Source: Lama guanicoe
Lineage: Eukaryota
Direction: 5' to 3'
NCBI GenBank assembly: GCA_013239625.1
Contig: MU054220.1
Location: 2,913,374 to 2,977,373 of the forward strand
DNA: 64,000 bases
Shown: in pieces, positions 37,701 to 50,270 of the stretch
Position numbering within the stretch: the stretch's first letter is position 1
Layout: each line of letters starts with the position of its first letter
Made by a program: the position numbers and the translations under genes
Notes under the pieces: generated by a model
Database searches by the model: none
The model's input: the letters and a program-made list of their open reading frames with translations, nothing else
What the model was told of the DNA's origin: nothing

Positions 37701-37984
37701 CCTCCCCTCCTCCCGGGGAGCTGGTGCTCTTCCGGAGAGCCGAACTGGCTCTTCTTGTGGGGGTCCCTCCTCCCTAGGGGAGGACAAAATCCCAGAAATA
37801 GGAAAGGGGGTCGAGACAGGTTTGGCAACTTTCTGACATCACTTGGAAACACTGGTTCCCCTTCAACCACGGGATTCCCATCAGGTCTGTAAGGCCACCC
37901 TCTCTGGGTCAGAGAGACAGCAGCATTGCGTTCATGGGCCTTCTCCCCGGGCAGGCCAGGCCACCCCGGGGAATCCGGAGAAGC

Positions 37985-38544
37985 TCACACCTCCACGTTA
38001 CTCTTCTCGTCCTCCTTGGGGCTGGGCTCCTCCTGAACCTTCTTCATCTCCCGGCCCCTGACCCAGGTATAGGCGGAGGAGCCCCCCAGCACCATCATGT
38101 TGCTCATCCACCAGAGGAAGCTCTTGGTCTCCTCGTAGTAGAGGACGGCCAGCACCGTCTGGGCACAGGCTTTGGCCGTGCCAGACACGTTGTGGGTCAG
38201 GGGACTGGTGAACTTGATCTGCAGTCCTGTCACGTAGCCGATGGCAAAGCCAAACAGGCCCCCCAGCGTCATCACGACCCAGAAGTGGGCGCTGCCCAGC
38301 TGGGGGAAGTCGCAGAGGGCCCGCAGCTCGCCCAGCAGCAGGAGCAGGGGCAGGAAGAGGACGCAGGCGTTGACGTTGTTGTAGAAGGTCAGGCGCCAGA
38401 TGCTGTCGTCCACCGCCGGGAGCACCTTCTTGGTGTAGATGGCATTGAGTGAGACGCAGAGGCTGGCGAGCACCCCAAAGATGGTGCCCATCCAAGACAG
38501 GGTACCCTCTGCGCCCTCCTGGTCCACACCAAGCCAGAAGCCAC
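37985..38544 (-). CDS. SLC35C1: GDP-fucose transporter 1, coding exon 2 (560 nt including stop)
   Basis: ctgcag|[19 protein letters not shown]...[27 protein letters not shown]...EMKK...EKSNVEV-TGA; total 1095 nt = 364 aa. Confidence 0.97.
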
Positions 38545-40557
38545 CTGCAGTGGGGAGAGGAGAAGGGCAAGGGATTGAGGATGGGAAGAAGGACAGGATT
38601 TTGCCACCAAGTTCACAAACTGTGTAATGCTGCCCTCACCAGCCCATCCTCCCTGTCCTCCTGGAGAGACATGTGTCCAAAGTCTCCACTACATGCCAAG
38701 CGCCACACAAGGGCTGGGGAAGCAGCCCAGGGCATGAACCCTTCCTCACGGAGCTCACATTCTGGCAGAGGAGAAACACATTAAAACGATTCATTTTCCA
38801 ATGACTTCTTTAATTACAATTGTAATGAGGTCCATAAAACAGTACAGGGTGCTGTGAGAACCTGTAACTAGGTGACTGTGCTGGCCTGGGGCATCTGGAA
38901 AGGAACATTTACAATGAGTGCTGAAGGATGAATACCGCTATAGCACTTAGTGATGGAGGTGACCTTGGGCAAGTGACTTAAGGTCTCGGAACCTTGGCTT
39001 CCTGGTCCGTAAAATGGGAGCCTACAATGAGCTAGACTCACTTGGGGCCTGAGGTTTTTGGGGACAGTCACTCTTTCTGAGACTCTCATCTTCTGATACC
39101 TCCTGCTCACCGACACTCCATGGTGCCCTGCTGCCCACCTTCAAGTCTACATCCCACAGCCTGGCACGCTGGGCTTTCCACACCCCAGCCAGCCCTGTCT
39201 CTGTACCATGATCGCCCCTAGTCATCATTCTCATCTCCCTGCTTCTCACACCAGGGCTCAGTGTCCTTGTTCCTTCCCTGCACCAGAAACACCCCCCTCC
39301 TCCCTGGGAGATTCAACTCATTCTTCAAAGTCAAAGCCAGCCTCTCCAGGGGCAAAGTCTTCTTGATCCCCCAACACCCATACCTCTTCCTGGCCTCTTC
39401 CTGCCTGCGCTTTCCTTCATGACCCCTTGCCTACCCTGGGCTGCTGGGCACCTGCCCAATGGGACAGTACAGTCTCTTTAGTTAGACCCCACCTCCCCAG
39501 AAGGCAGGGGCAGAATCTCACACATGCTGTATCCCCACCATAGCAGCTGACACCGTGGTTTTGGTGTCAGAGAGATTTGGGCTCCAATTGGGTTCTGTCA
39601 TTTAGAGGCTGGTGCCCCGGGGAGAATTCACTTAACTTCTCTGGGCTCCCATTTCCTTCAGCTGTAGAGATGTGGGTCACGTTCCTGACCTCCTACTCTA
39701 ACCAATCTACTGTCCACCTTGCCACTGGAATCATCTTCCCAAGGTAAGAGCTGCTTCGGTCTCATCCTGGCTTAAAGCCCCTCTGTGCTTCCCCACCGCC
39801 CTCAGCAGATAGTCCAGACTCATTTAACTTGGGCAGCCTCATGGCTGGTGAGCCTCGCTCTGGCACAGCCATGCAGAAATGCACATGTTCTTTCTTCTGC
39901 CTAGAGCATTATCTCCTCACTCCTTCCTGACATCCATCTCGTACTTCCTCCAGAAGGCTGCTTGGATGACCTCTGCCCTTCGCCTCCCCCACCCCACCCT
40001 GCACCAACCCTATGCCCTCCAGGAGCAGAGGCGCTGAGTCTACCTTTTCCAAACTTTATCCCCATAGCATGGCACAGACTTGGCCATCAATTCACATTTG
40101 TTGAATGGCTGAATGAATGAATGGAAGTTGTTCTGGAGATGGCTGAGGATGAAAGGAGACAAGGCACCGACTATATTGTAAGCATTCACTCGCAGTATTC
40201 TCTTTCTTGGCAGAGCCTTTGCAAACAGGTACCCACAGATCAGCTCTGGGGACACATTGAAGGCCGGGTCCTAGCCAGAGCACCCCCAGCCCTCCTGCTG
40301 GTTTCCTTCCGAGTCCAGAAGACTGCCACCTCAAGGTTCCAGTCTTAAAGCTCCAGAAGGAGCTTTTAAAGATACTGTGTGACCTGCGAGGCAGGGAGAA
40401 GGATGAGGCCTGGAGAGTCATAGGAGACCTATCGTCCCCCTCAAGAAGGAAGGAAAGGGAAACACTGTGGAGGGGGGCCAGGTACTGGGCCATCAGGCAG
40501 GCCAGTGAACGCACCTGCCCAGCAGCTATCTCACCATAAGCTACTTTGATTACTTTT

Positions 40558-40748
40558 TTTTTTGTATATATATATTTTTTATTGAAGTATAATCAGTATA
40601 CAATGTTGTGTCAATTTCTGGTGTACAGCGTAATGCTTCAGTCATGCATGAACGTACATATATTCGTTTTCATGTTCTTTTTCACCGTAAGTTACTACAA
40701 GATATTGAACATAGTTCCCTGTGCTATACAGTAGGAACTTGTTTATTG
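40558..40748 (-). mobile_element. Young 5'-truncated L1 3' end in the SLC35C1 intron
   Basis: L1 3' UTR-type sequence with AATAAA and an A-rich tail on the minus strand; perfect 14-bp TSD CTTTGATTACTTTT at 40544-40557 and 40749-40762. Confidence 0.82.
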
Positions 40749-41243
40749 CTTTGATTACTTTTCAGACTTGGGCCTAGTTTCCCTACCAACCTCACCTGTC
40801 TGTATGCAAATTCTCCCACGAGAAGCCCCCCTCCCCCTCCCTCTAGGGTCAGCAGGACTGAAGTGGAGATCCCTGGGGCATTTGGCTAAGTGAGGCCTGG
40901 GACCCCATACCAGCTCCCTTGGGGAAGAAGTGGGGAGCAGCTGGGCCAGATCTGCCAGGGGTCTTAGTGGCCCCTCCCACCTAGACCTGGCAGCCCTAGA
41001 TTCCGAAGCTGCTCAATGAGGGGAACATTTTCTAGGACAGGTGGCCTGGGATGGCCCTTCCCTGTCAACCAGTGCAACCCAGCCTGGGACTCTGAGACAC
41101 CAATGAAGAATATGTAGGTCAACCAAGATGAAATTTGCAGCATCAGGAAGAACCCGAACAGGTTCAAAGAAAGATCCCATTCCTGGATGACAGAGCCCCA
41201 GGAGGACTGAAGGGGTGGGAAGCTGGGGGTCCTCTTACCGAGC

Positions 41244-41465
41244 AGGCTGCAATAAAATATTCTGTGATCATGGAAATGTTCTATCATCTGTGCCATCCAA
41301 CACAGTAGCCAATGGCCACATGGGGCTCCTAAGCACTTGAAATGTGGCTACAGAATCAGGTCATAACACCTGCAATTGAAGAACTGAAGTTTTAAAATTT
41401 CATGGAATTTGAATTGAAATAGATGCATGTGGTCAGTGGCTATTGTATTGGATAGTGCAGTTCTA
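41244..41465. mobile_element. hAT-Charlie DNA transposon (MER3-like)
   Basis: TGGAAATGTTCTAT...GTAGCCA...CCACATG...AGCACTTGAAATGTGGCTA...GTATTGGATAGTGCAG. Confidence 0.75.
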
Positions 41466-42161
41466 ACCTCTAGGGGACAAGAACAGAGCAGAGTGGTTAG
41501 AAACATAGGCCTGGGAGTCTGGCCAATCTGGATTTGCATCCCAGCCTAGTTACTTCCTAGCTGTGAGGCTGTGAGCAAGTGACTTAACCTCTCTGAGTGT
41601 CAGTTTCCTTGTTTGCAGGGAGTTGATCATGGTGATGCTGCCATCCAGGGGACCTCTGGGGAACATAAGGAGATGCTATATGTGAATGATTAGCACAATG
41701 TCCCCATCAATAATTCTTACTTCCTGAGGATCAGGTCTGGAAAGACAGCTAAGTTATATCAAAGCATATCTCTTCCCACTGTCTCAGGCATTACTGTAAG
41801 CCTGCAAGGTCACAGGGTGATGGTGTATTTATTAAGAGATAAATGTCCTCTAGAAAGAGCACCAGATGGGGAGTCAGGACACTTGAACTCTTGAGAAGCA
41901 AGAGAGTATAGTGGTCAAGTGTTAAGGAGCCAGACTGCTTGAGATCAGATCCCACCTCTGCCATTTATTAGCTGTGTGATCTTTGATGAATTACTTAACT
42001 TCTCTGTACCTTGGTTTTCCTTCTGTGAAATGTAGATTATAATCCCATCTTGTGTGAAGGGCCCTGACTGGGCCCCTAACTTGCTAGGTGGCCTCCAGAA
42101 TCTCTCTGGACCCCAGGCTCTTCCTCATAAGATTTTCACAACAGGGAGCTGGGACAGATCA

Positions 42162-42812
<651 letters not shown>

Positions 42813-43249
42813 TCACCCTACAGCCGGACTGATTTCCTGGAGTCCAGGACAGTGAGCTCACTTCTGCTTTCTGCAAGCTGAAGTCCTCAACTGTCACACG
42901 GGGGGTGGTCTGGAGGCCTCCCACCCTTCTCTTGGATGGAAAGGTTCTGCTCTGGGGTGAGCCCCACAACCTGCTCTCACCATGAGGGGGCTCATGAGAC
43001 AAGACACGGGAATGAGATGAGGGATGGGGCTAAGGTTGGACAGAGACGACCTGTTAGGGGAGAAGGGGCTGGGACCTAGCAGGGAGGAGTCACAGGAAGA
43101 AGGGAGGGGGAAGAGGAATGGAAAGAGAAGTGAGAGGAGGAGGAATGAAGTGCGACGGTGCTAAAAAGGGCGGAAGCAGCATAGGGGAGAGAGGCAGAGA
43201 GAGGAAGGCACGGGCTTCTATTGGAGAGAAGGGTTTGCTGGCCGAGATG

Positions 43250-44560
43250 GGGAGGCATGCAGGGAGCTGAACGGACGAAGGGCGTGAGTGGGGTTTGTAA
43301 AGAGGGGTGCAGGCGAGGTCAGAGGCGCTCAGGGCCTGGGTTCGAAGGACACAGGAGGAGGCTGGGCCGGCGCAAGCCCACGGCGAGCTGTCTTTCCGGG
43401 CGCCAGCCGCGGCTCGGCCCCGGAACCTCCGGACTTCCAAGGCCGCTCCGCCAGGCGAGGCGGGCCAGGAACTCATTTCCTGACACGCCCCGGACACCCT
43501 TCTTAAAGAGCCCGCACACCCGGTGTCTTCCTTAAAGCCACAGCTTCGGAGAAACGGCCTTCGGAGTCATGCTTGCGTCGAGGCCCCGGCAGCCTCCCAT
43601 CCCTTGTGCGCTCCCTGCCCGCTGATGGTGGGGGAGGATCTCGGTAGACGAGGAAGGTTCCTGTGGGTGCTAGAGTCTCGGGCCCCTTTCCTGCAAACCC
43701 TCCCGCCGAGCTGCCCTCCGCCCCTGCTCCATCTCCTCCAGACCCTTGACTCCCCTCTACCTGGCCTATCTGCAGGTCCACCCCGCTCCTCATCCCCGGG
43801 CAAGGCTGCGTCCCCAGAATCTTGGCACCGCTCCGCGTCCCTCGGCGTCTAGAGAACTCCCCCAACAGTCCCGCGTCCCTATACCTAACCCCAGCCCACT
43901 CCTCCAAAACCTAGTTGCAGTCCCCTCCTTCCCCCTACTTTCACCTCCCCTATCATTGTGCCGAGCGTGAGACTTACAGCAGCGGCCCCCACCGCGGATT
44001 CGAAACCCTCCAGGCTCCCGGTTCCGAGCCTCAATGCAGCACCCGCTCCCCTCCTCGCAGAAAACCCTCTCGGTACGCCGGGCCCGGCGGCAAGCTCTGG
44101 TCTCAGGGCTGGTGTTCCCTGGCCGCGAAGGCGACCCAGCGCTCACCTCCACCTCGGCACCGGCTGCCCGCCCCGCGCCACACTGCGCCGCACCTGCAGC
44201 GCCGCGCCCAGGGCCGAGCCCGTGGGAAACGACTTCCTGCTCCCATCTCCCGGCGCGGGCGCCGCGCCGACGTCGCGGACTTGCTTCCCACGTGGGCCCG
44301 GGGCGACGGCGGGGCGCCCCAGGGACTGGCCTAACCTTGTCCCCGAGTTATGCCGCCGGTCGTGGGAGCAGGTCCCCTTCCCTTTCCAAGGCCACACTAG
44401 ACCCCGTTATCCCGCCCAGGATTTCCCACTCCAGCTACCGTGGTTTGCACGTCCCAGGACCCGGCTGCATCCGTGGTCCGCCGCCGCGCACTCAGCTTGT
44501 GCTCCAGAAGTGGGGAACAGCCAGGATTCTTCCTGCCGGCAGTTAGTAGAGGGTCCCCCC
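43250..44560 (-). promoter_or_regulatory. SLC35C1: SLC35C1 CpG island and promoter region
   Basis: CpG-dense stretch 0.5-1.8 kb upstream of the ATG; ETS-like ACTTCCTG near 44232; CACGTG at 44289-44294; GC boxes. Confidence 0.85.
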
Positions 44561-47140
44561 CCCCCGCCAGGGATTGGGCCTGGGCAGTCACTTTACCAGT
44601 CAGCCAAGGAGGACCGACCTCTTCCTGGTTCATCAGCGTTGGGTGGCTCACTTTCCCGGAGTTATCTTTATTGTAAAACCGGGGAGCTGGACTATACCAG
44701 TCGGCCTCAACCTCCTTGCTCAAAACCATAGCTGATACGGTTGAAGGTAGGGACTACTACTTGTAATATTTCAAACACCATTTAATTAGTACCATTTAAT
44801 TTATGGGTGAGATGTTTGAGATTTGCTTCCAAATTCCCAGAATACCCACCCCTCCAAAAAGAAAACCCCCAAAGGCTGATAGATAAAACAAGACAGACAA
44901 TTATTGAAGCTAGGCATAGGTACATGGAGGGTATAGGAGTCTCTTTACCTCTGTGCATCTTTGAAAATTTCCATCATAAAAAGGTAAAATCTATGGAGTA
45001 CATGACTTACTAACTGCATAAACCCTTACCCCAGTTTAGCATAGCCCTTTGTGGGCTATGGGACCTGGAAGGGTTACAGGACATAAGCACTGTCCCACAG
45101 CCCTGGGGCAGGTGCAAACTCCCCAGGGGAGCTCTGCTCCATGTCTGTCCTTCTCCACTAACCTTCTGGCTTATTCTGTAACACCAGCATTACTCCTTCT
45201 TCCAGAAATGGGTCTTCCTGGTCTGGTCTCCAGGTGGAGGATGCTATCTGATCACCTTGTCACCTTTGGGGTCAAATTACCCTTTTAGGGAAGGAAAGGC
45301 TTAAAGTGATTAAGCTGGCCACCTTGGAGAGTCTCATTCCAGGGCCAGACTTAAAGGTTGTGGGTTTCAGTTTATTAAGAGCAACCCTACCTGCTCTTCT
45401 CTCTTAGGCCTGATATTTCACTGTGACAAATACATTATTGACATACAGGGAGGGCGGACTTGTCTCTGAGAGGCCCTGGTTTCCTGGAAGGGCCTTCCCC
45501 CTTGGCACACTAACAGGTACTAGTTTACCTGATGAATGTGCTGACACCCGGATCCCCTAGGGCAGAGATATAGACTGCATACACGCCAGATGCATTTCAC
45601 TAAGAGATCCAGAGACAGTCTATGCTGGATGTGTGGGGCACAGTCTGGGCTCTCCAAAAGGCAGGAGACCAAAGTGTATCCCTGTGTCCAATCTGTCCCT
45701 TTACCTTGCACCTGAAATTCCACCATTAGCTTCACTCCCTTGCATTAAGATTGCAACAGGCCAGTACAGTAAGTTTCACATGTTCCAATCCTTTTTGTTC
45801 TTTCTGAGGGAAAGGGGAGGCGGGGGCGAGGGGGATGTTTCTTGGGGGTCTAAGGCCTCAGGAATTGTGCGCTTTGCACAAACTGCTTGTACATTTTTCT
45901 TAAGGATTGTTAATTGTTTCAACCATTCACAAAGGATGAAGTTTTAAGTCTTGTCAAGAGTAATTAGCCAGGGTGTGAACTTGGTGTGAGGTGGAGCCTA
46001 AAATCATTAAGGTGGCAATTGGGCCCTTTATGGGTGTAATCTTATTTTCTTGCCTTGGCTAGGAGCTACTAATGATGTCAGAAGAAGATGATTTCTACCA
46101 GACAGGTGAACAGAACTAAACTCCAGGTGTGAGGGACAATGGATCGGTACCTGTAGGGCCTGAGAGCCCCTGGGAACATGCAGATATTGACTATCTCACT
46201 ATGTGGTGGATGTTACCAATTTTCTACCACAATTCGTTCTTCCATTGCTCCAGAATAATTGGATGGTTGCCCAGCCAGAGACCACATTTCCCTGCCTCCC
46301 TTGTGGGTAGGTGAACCATATGACTTTGTGGATGGTGAAGGGAGGGGAGTGGTGTGCTGTACTTTCCATGTCTAGGCTTTAAAACGTTAGATGGGTCTTA
46401 CTCTGTGTTCTCTTTTTCTTCCTATAACCCAGGACCCCATTGTGTCTGTAACCCAGCTGCGACCGCTGAGATGAAGTCAGTGTCTAGGGGATGTGGGAGC
46501 AATATGATGGAGAGAGTCTCTCTCTGGTCTCTGTGTGGAGCAGAGACACCTGCCAACCTGCCCTGTCCACCTGGAGACTGTTATACTAGAGGGAAATCAA
46601 CTTATGTTCTTTCCGCACCTATACAGTGATGAAAGGGTCACTTTGTTGTAGCAGTTAGGCTGTTACACATACCCACCAACTCTGTATTCCCTTTTCCTCA
46701 CATATATGTGTATTGTCTAGGCAAACTTGAAAGCATGACATTGTTAATCTGATCTCTCTCTCTTGCTTTCTCTCTATTTATCATCTGTCTATCCATCCAT
46801 CCATCCTAGACAGGACCTAGCACAATTCCTGCCCCAGTAGCTGCTCAGTACCTCTTTGTAGAATGAACAGAAGTCAGACCACTGCTAAGAGTACCTGAAA
46901 ATCAAAGCTGATTTAACACCTTTATTGGCCCTCTGCCTTGAAAAGCTTTCCTCATTCATCCCATATGGAATTCAAAATAAAAATTAAAACTAAACTGTTA
47001 AGTAAGTGTAGGCAGAGAAAAAAATAGTTCTGATTTTTTTCATGATGATTAGAATGTTCTTTGGAAAATAATATATTCTTTCCAGGAAAAAAAAATATGT
47101 CTTTCCATTGCCGATACAGAGACACTACAAATTGCCTACT

Positions 47141-47336
47141 CCAAGAGTTGGCAAACTTTTTCTGTAAGGGACCAGAGAGTAAATATCTTAGACTCTGTGA
47201 GCCATATGGTCTCTGTCATTGCCATTCAATACAGCTGTTGTAGTTTTGTAAACAAATGGGTGCTGCTGTGTTTCAAAAAAAAAACTTTATACAAATAGAC
47301 CGTGGGCTGGATTCGGCTCACTTTGCTGACCCCTGG
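47141..47336. mobile_element. hAT-Charlie DNA transposon (MER58A-like)
   Basis: GTTGGCAAACTTTTTCTGTAAGGG...GTAAATAT...GCCATATGGTCTCTGTC...TTTGCTGACCCCTG with terminal inverted repeat. Confidence 0.78.
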
Positions 47337-48991
47337 TTCACCTTATATGAATTTAACCTTTCTTACTAACATTACCCATATACTGTTTGTATGTAAATGT
47401 GAACACCCAAGAGCACTTATTCCCCAGTCTTCCTTGCAGCTAGATGTGGCCACATGACATATTTTGGCCAGTGAGTTATAACCTGAGAATTCCTGGGAAG
47501 CATTTGCCTTCTTGATATAGGTACAGTCTTGGTTGCGTCTTTTTCTTAAGTGTTCTGTCTATAATGCAGACCAGAGGTCTGGAAGGGCAGCAGACATCTT
47601 GTAACCTCTACCAGAAACATCACCTTTATGCCTGGGTCTGGCTTCTGGGAAGCACCTAGGTTTGGATGGCGCAGGCCTTTTTGGTTCTTTCGCGATCTAG
47701 AACTGCCAAAAGCTTTACTCCCCAAAGCTCCTGTAACATGCGCCTGGGTAATCTCCAAGCAGGAGTGGTGTTTCCCCCAGATTAGCATCTAACCCTTGGG
47801 GAGTAAGTCAGTCCCTTCTAGTGGAGGGTGTGCCACTGACAGCTAATGTTTCTCAGAGGGCAACTCCATGCCCGGGTTTTCCATGTACAACATGGCAGTC
47901 CTCATAACAACGCTGTGAGGGGCAGCCTCTGGTTACAATCCCCACTTTACAAATGAGGAAACAGACCCCAGACATGTTGAATCACTAGCCCAAGGCTCCC
48001 CAGTGAGGAGGTGAGAGCTGTATTTGAACCTAGACCAATCTGACAAAAAACAAAAGTTTGTCCTGTTGCACGAGCCCGGCTCCTCCTGAGCTCGGGTTCC
48101 TGGTTGACCTCCTGGGTCACTGGTCCTATGGGGTGACCCTGGCATCACTGTCCTCTGTCCTGTTGCTGAAGGGCAAATGTGTGCCTAGGGCTGCACTGTC
48201 CACTGGGACTCGAGAGCCCTCTGGCTGATCCACTGTCCAATCTTTATAACTTTTTCACCTATTAGCTTTATCTCCCACCTAGGTTGTAAACTCTTGGTGG
48301 CAGAGCGGAGAGTTATACAGTAGCTAATCATTTATCAGGCCCTGCTCTGTGCTATGCCCTGGCCTCAGTACTGCATGGACGAATTCCTCAAACCTCATGA
48401 TAACTTTGAGAGGCTATCTTATTATTCCATTTTATGGAAGAGAAAACTGAGGTCCAGAGAGATAAAGTAAGTCACCTAAGGTCATAGGGGATCGTAAGTG
48501 GATGAGCTGGGATTTGAACCCAGGCCGACTGACTTACTCACTTAACTATTAATGTTATACTGACTCTCATTGTGGGTAGAGCACTTTGCAGTTTGCAAAG
48601 CATTTTTACAAACATTAAAGAAAAATTCTCAGCACATCAGATCTTCAAGGTATGTTAGAGATTGTCTATTCTAAACCCTTTACAGAGAAGGAAATAGGTC
48701 CAGAGAGGGAGCAGTTTATGAAAAGGTGAAATGGGACTGGACCTCCGCTCTCCTTACAGCCCCGCAAACTTCAAGCTCCTTCCCTGGACTGGAGCCCCAT
48801 CCAGGAGCACGGGGGCTGTGCCATCGGCATCTCTAGTTCTTCAGCACCTAACACGGCACCTGGCATGCTGTAGGTGCTCGGGGATTGAGTGTTAAATGAA
48901 TGTGAATCTGATTATTACACACACCATTTCATCCCAATACGTCTTTGATACCCCCGTGGCATGTAGCATGATGCTTGGCATGCAGTTAGGG

Positions 48992-49421
48992 TGTTGGGTT
49001 CAATTGTGTTCAACCCCCAAACTCATCCCCAGAACCTCAGAATATGAACTTATTCAGAAACAAGATTTTTGCAGACGTGGTTAATTATGTTAAAATGAAT
49101 TCATACTGGATTAAGGTGGATTCTAAATCCTATGACTGGTGTCCTTACAAGCAGGGAGATTTGGAGACAGAGGGGACACACAGGGAAGAAGGCCTTGTGA
49201 AGATGGAGGTAGGGGTTGGAGTGATGCAGCTACCGGTCAAGAAACTCTAACGATAACTGGAAAGCACTAGAAGTTAGGAGAGAACAGATTCTAGAAGGAA
49301 CCAACCCTGGACACCTTGATTTTGGACTTCTGGCCTCCTGAATTGGGAGAGAATAAATTTCCATTGTTTTGAGCTAGCAAGTTTGTGGTCATTTGTTATG
49401 ACAGCTCTAGGAAATTAATGT
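48992..49421 (+). mobile_element. MaLR LTR (MLT1C/D-like)
   Basis: CAGAACCTCAGAATATGAACTTATTCAGAAA...GAAGATGGAGG...CACCTTGATTTTGGACTTCTGGCCTCC...TTTGTTATGACAGC. Confidence 0.8.
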
Positions 49422-49980
49422 GGTAGATTTGTGAAAAACAAAACCAAAAACTCTTGCTTGACTGATAAATCACAGCAAGACCATGAGAACAACAGCTTTT
49501 TCTCAGTCTTGGCTGGGGGTGAGGGGAGGGCGGGTTTCAGCAGCTTACTGAATGCTTAACCTCCTCCTGGAGCGACATAGGGGCACAGAGGAAAGCTCCT
49601 TAGATTTCTGCTTCTTGGCCTGGTTACCTCAATCTTGAGACTTTGGATAATTTCTCTACCTTTCCAGATCTCAGTTTTCTCATCAGTAAAATGGGAGGGG
49701 AGTCAACCTTGCTGGTCCCTCAGGCAAAAGACTGGTTCTTGTCCTAGGTGGTATGTGGAGGGGCAAGGGAGAGCTTGGTGAAGCAAAATGGAATGTACTG
49801 GCTTATGTCACTGAGAAGTCCAGAGGGAGTGGCTGGCTGTAGGTGCAGTTTGACCCAGCAGCTCAAACAATGTCATCAAACAGATCCTGGTCTGGGCTCT
49901 TCTCCAAGTGTTGGCTTTATCCTCAGGCTCCATGAGATGGCAAAATAGCTTCAAGCATTCCAGACCTTACACCATTCGGG

Positions 49981-50270
49981 TTTTTTTTTTTTAATAGACT
50001 TTATTTTTTAGAACACTTTTAGGTTCACAGCAAAACTGAGCTAAAGGTACAGAGATTTCCAGTAACCCCCCTGTCCTCACACATGCACAGCCTCCCCCAT
50101 TAACATCGCCCACCAGACTGGTACTTTTGTTAGGATCAATGAACCTACACTGACGCATCGTTATCACACAGAGTCTGTAGTTTACATTAGGGTTTGCTCT
50201 TGGTGTTACACATTCTGAGTTTGGACAAATGTATAATGACATATATCTACCATTATAGTCTCATACAGAT
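49981..50270 (-). mobile_element. L1 3' end (L1MC1-like)
   Basis: Poly-T then TAGACTTTATTTTTTAGA...AGGTTCACAGCAAAA...ATCAATGAACCTACACTGAC...TTTGGACAAATGTATAATGAC. Confidence 0.8.

Noticed and set aside
37934..38570. 172-aa antisense and 190-aa alternative-frame ORFs over SLC35C1 exon 2
   Set aside because: Shadow ORFs caused by high GC at third codon positions of the real gene.
43958..44731. 257-aa plus-strand ORF and other long ORFs in the SLC35C1 CpG island
   Set aside because: Low-complexity Pro/Arg/Ala translation expected from stop-poor GC-rich DNA; non-ATG start; no recognizable domain.
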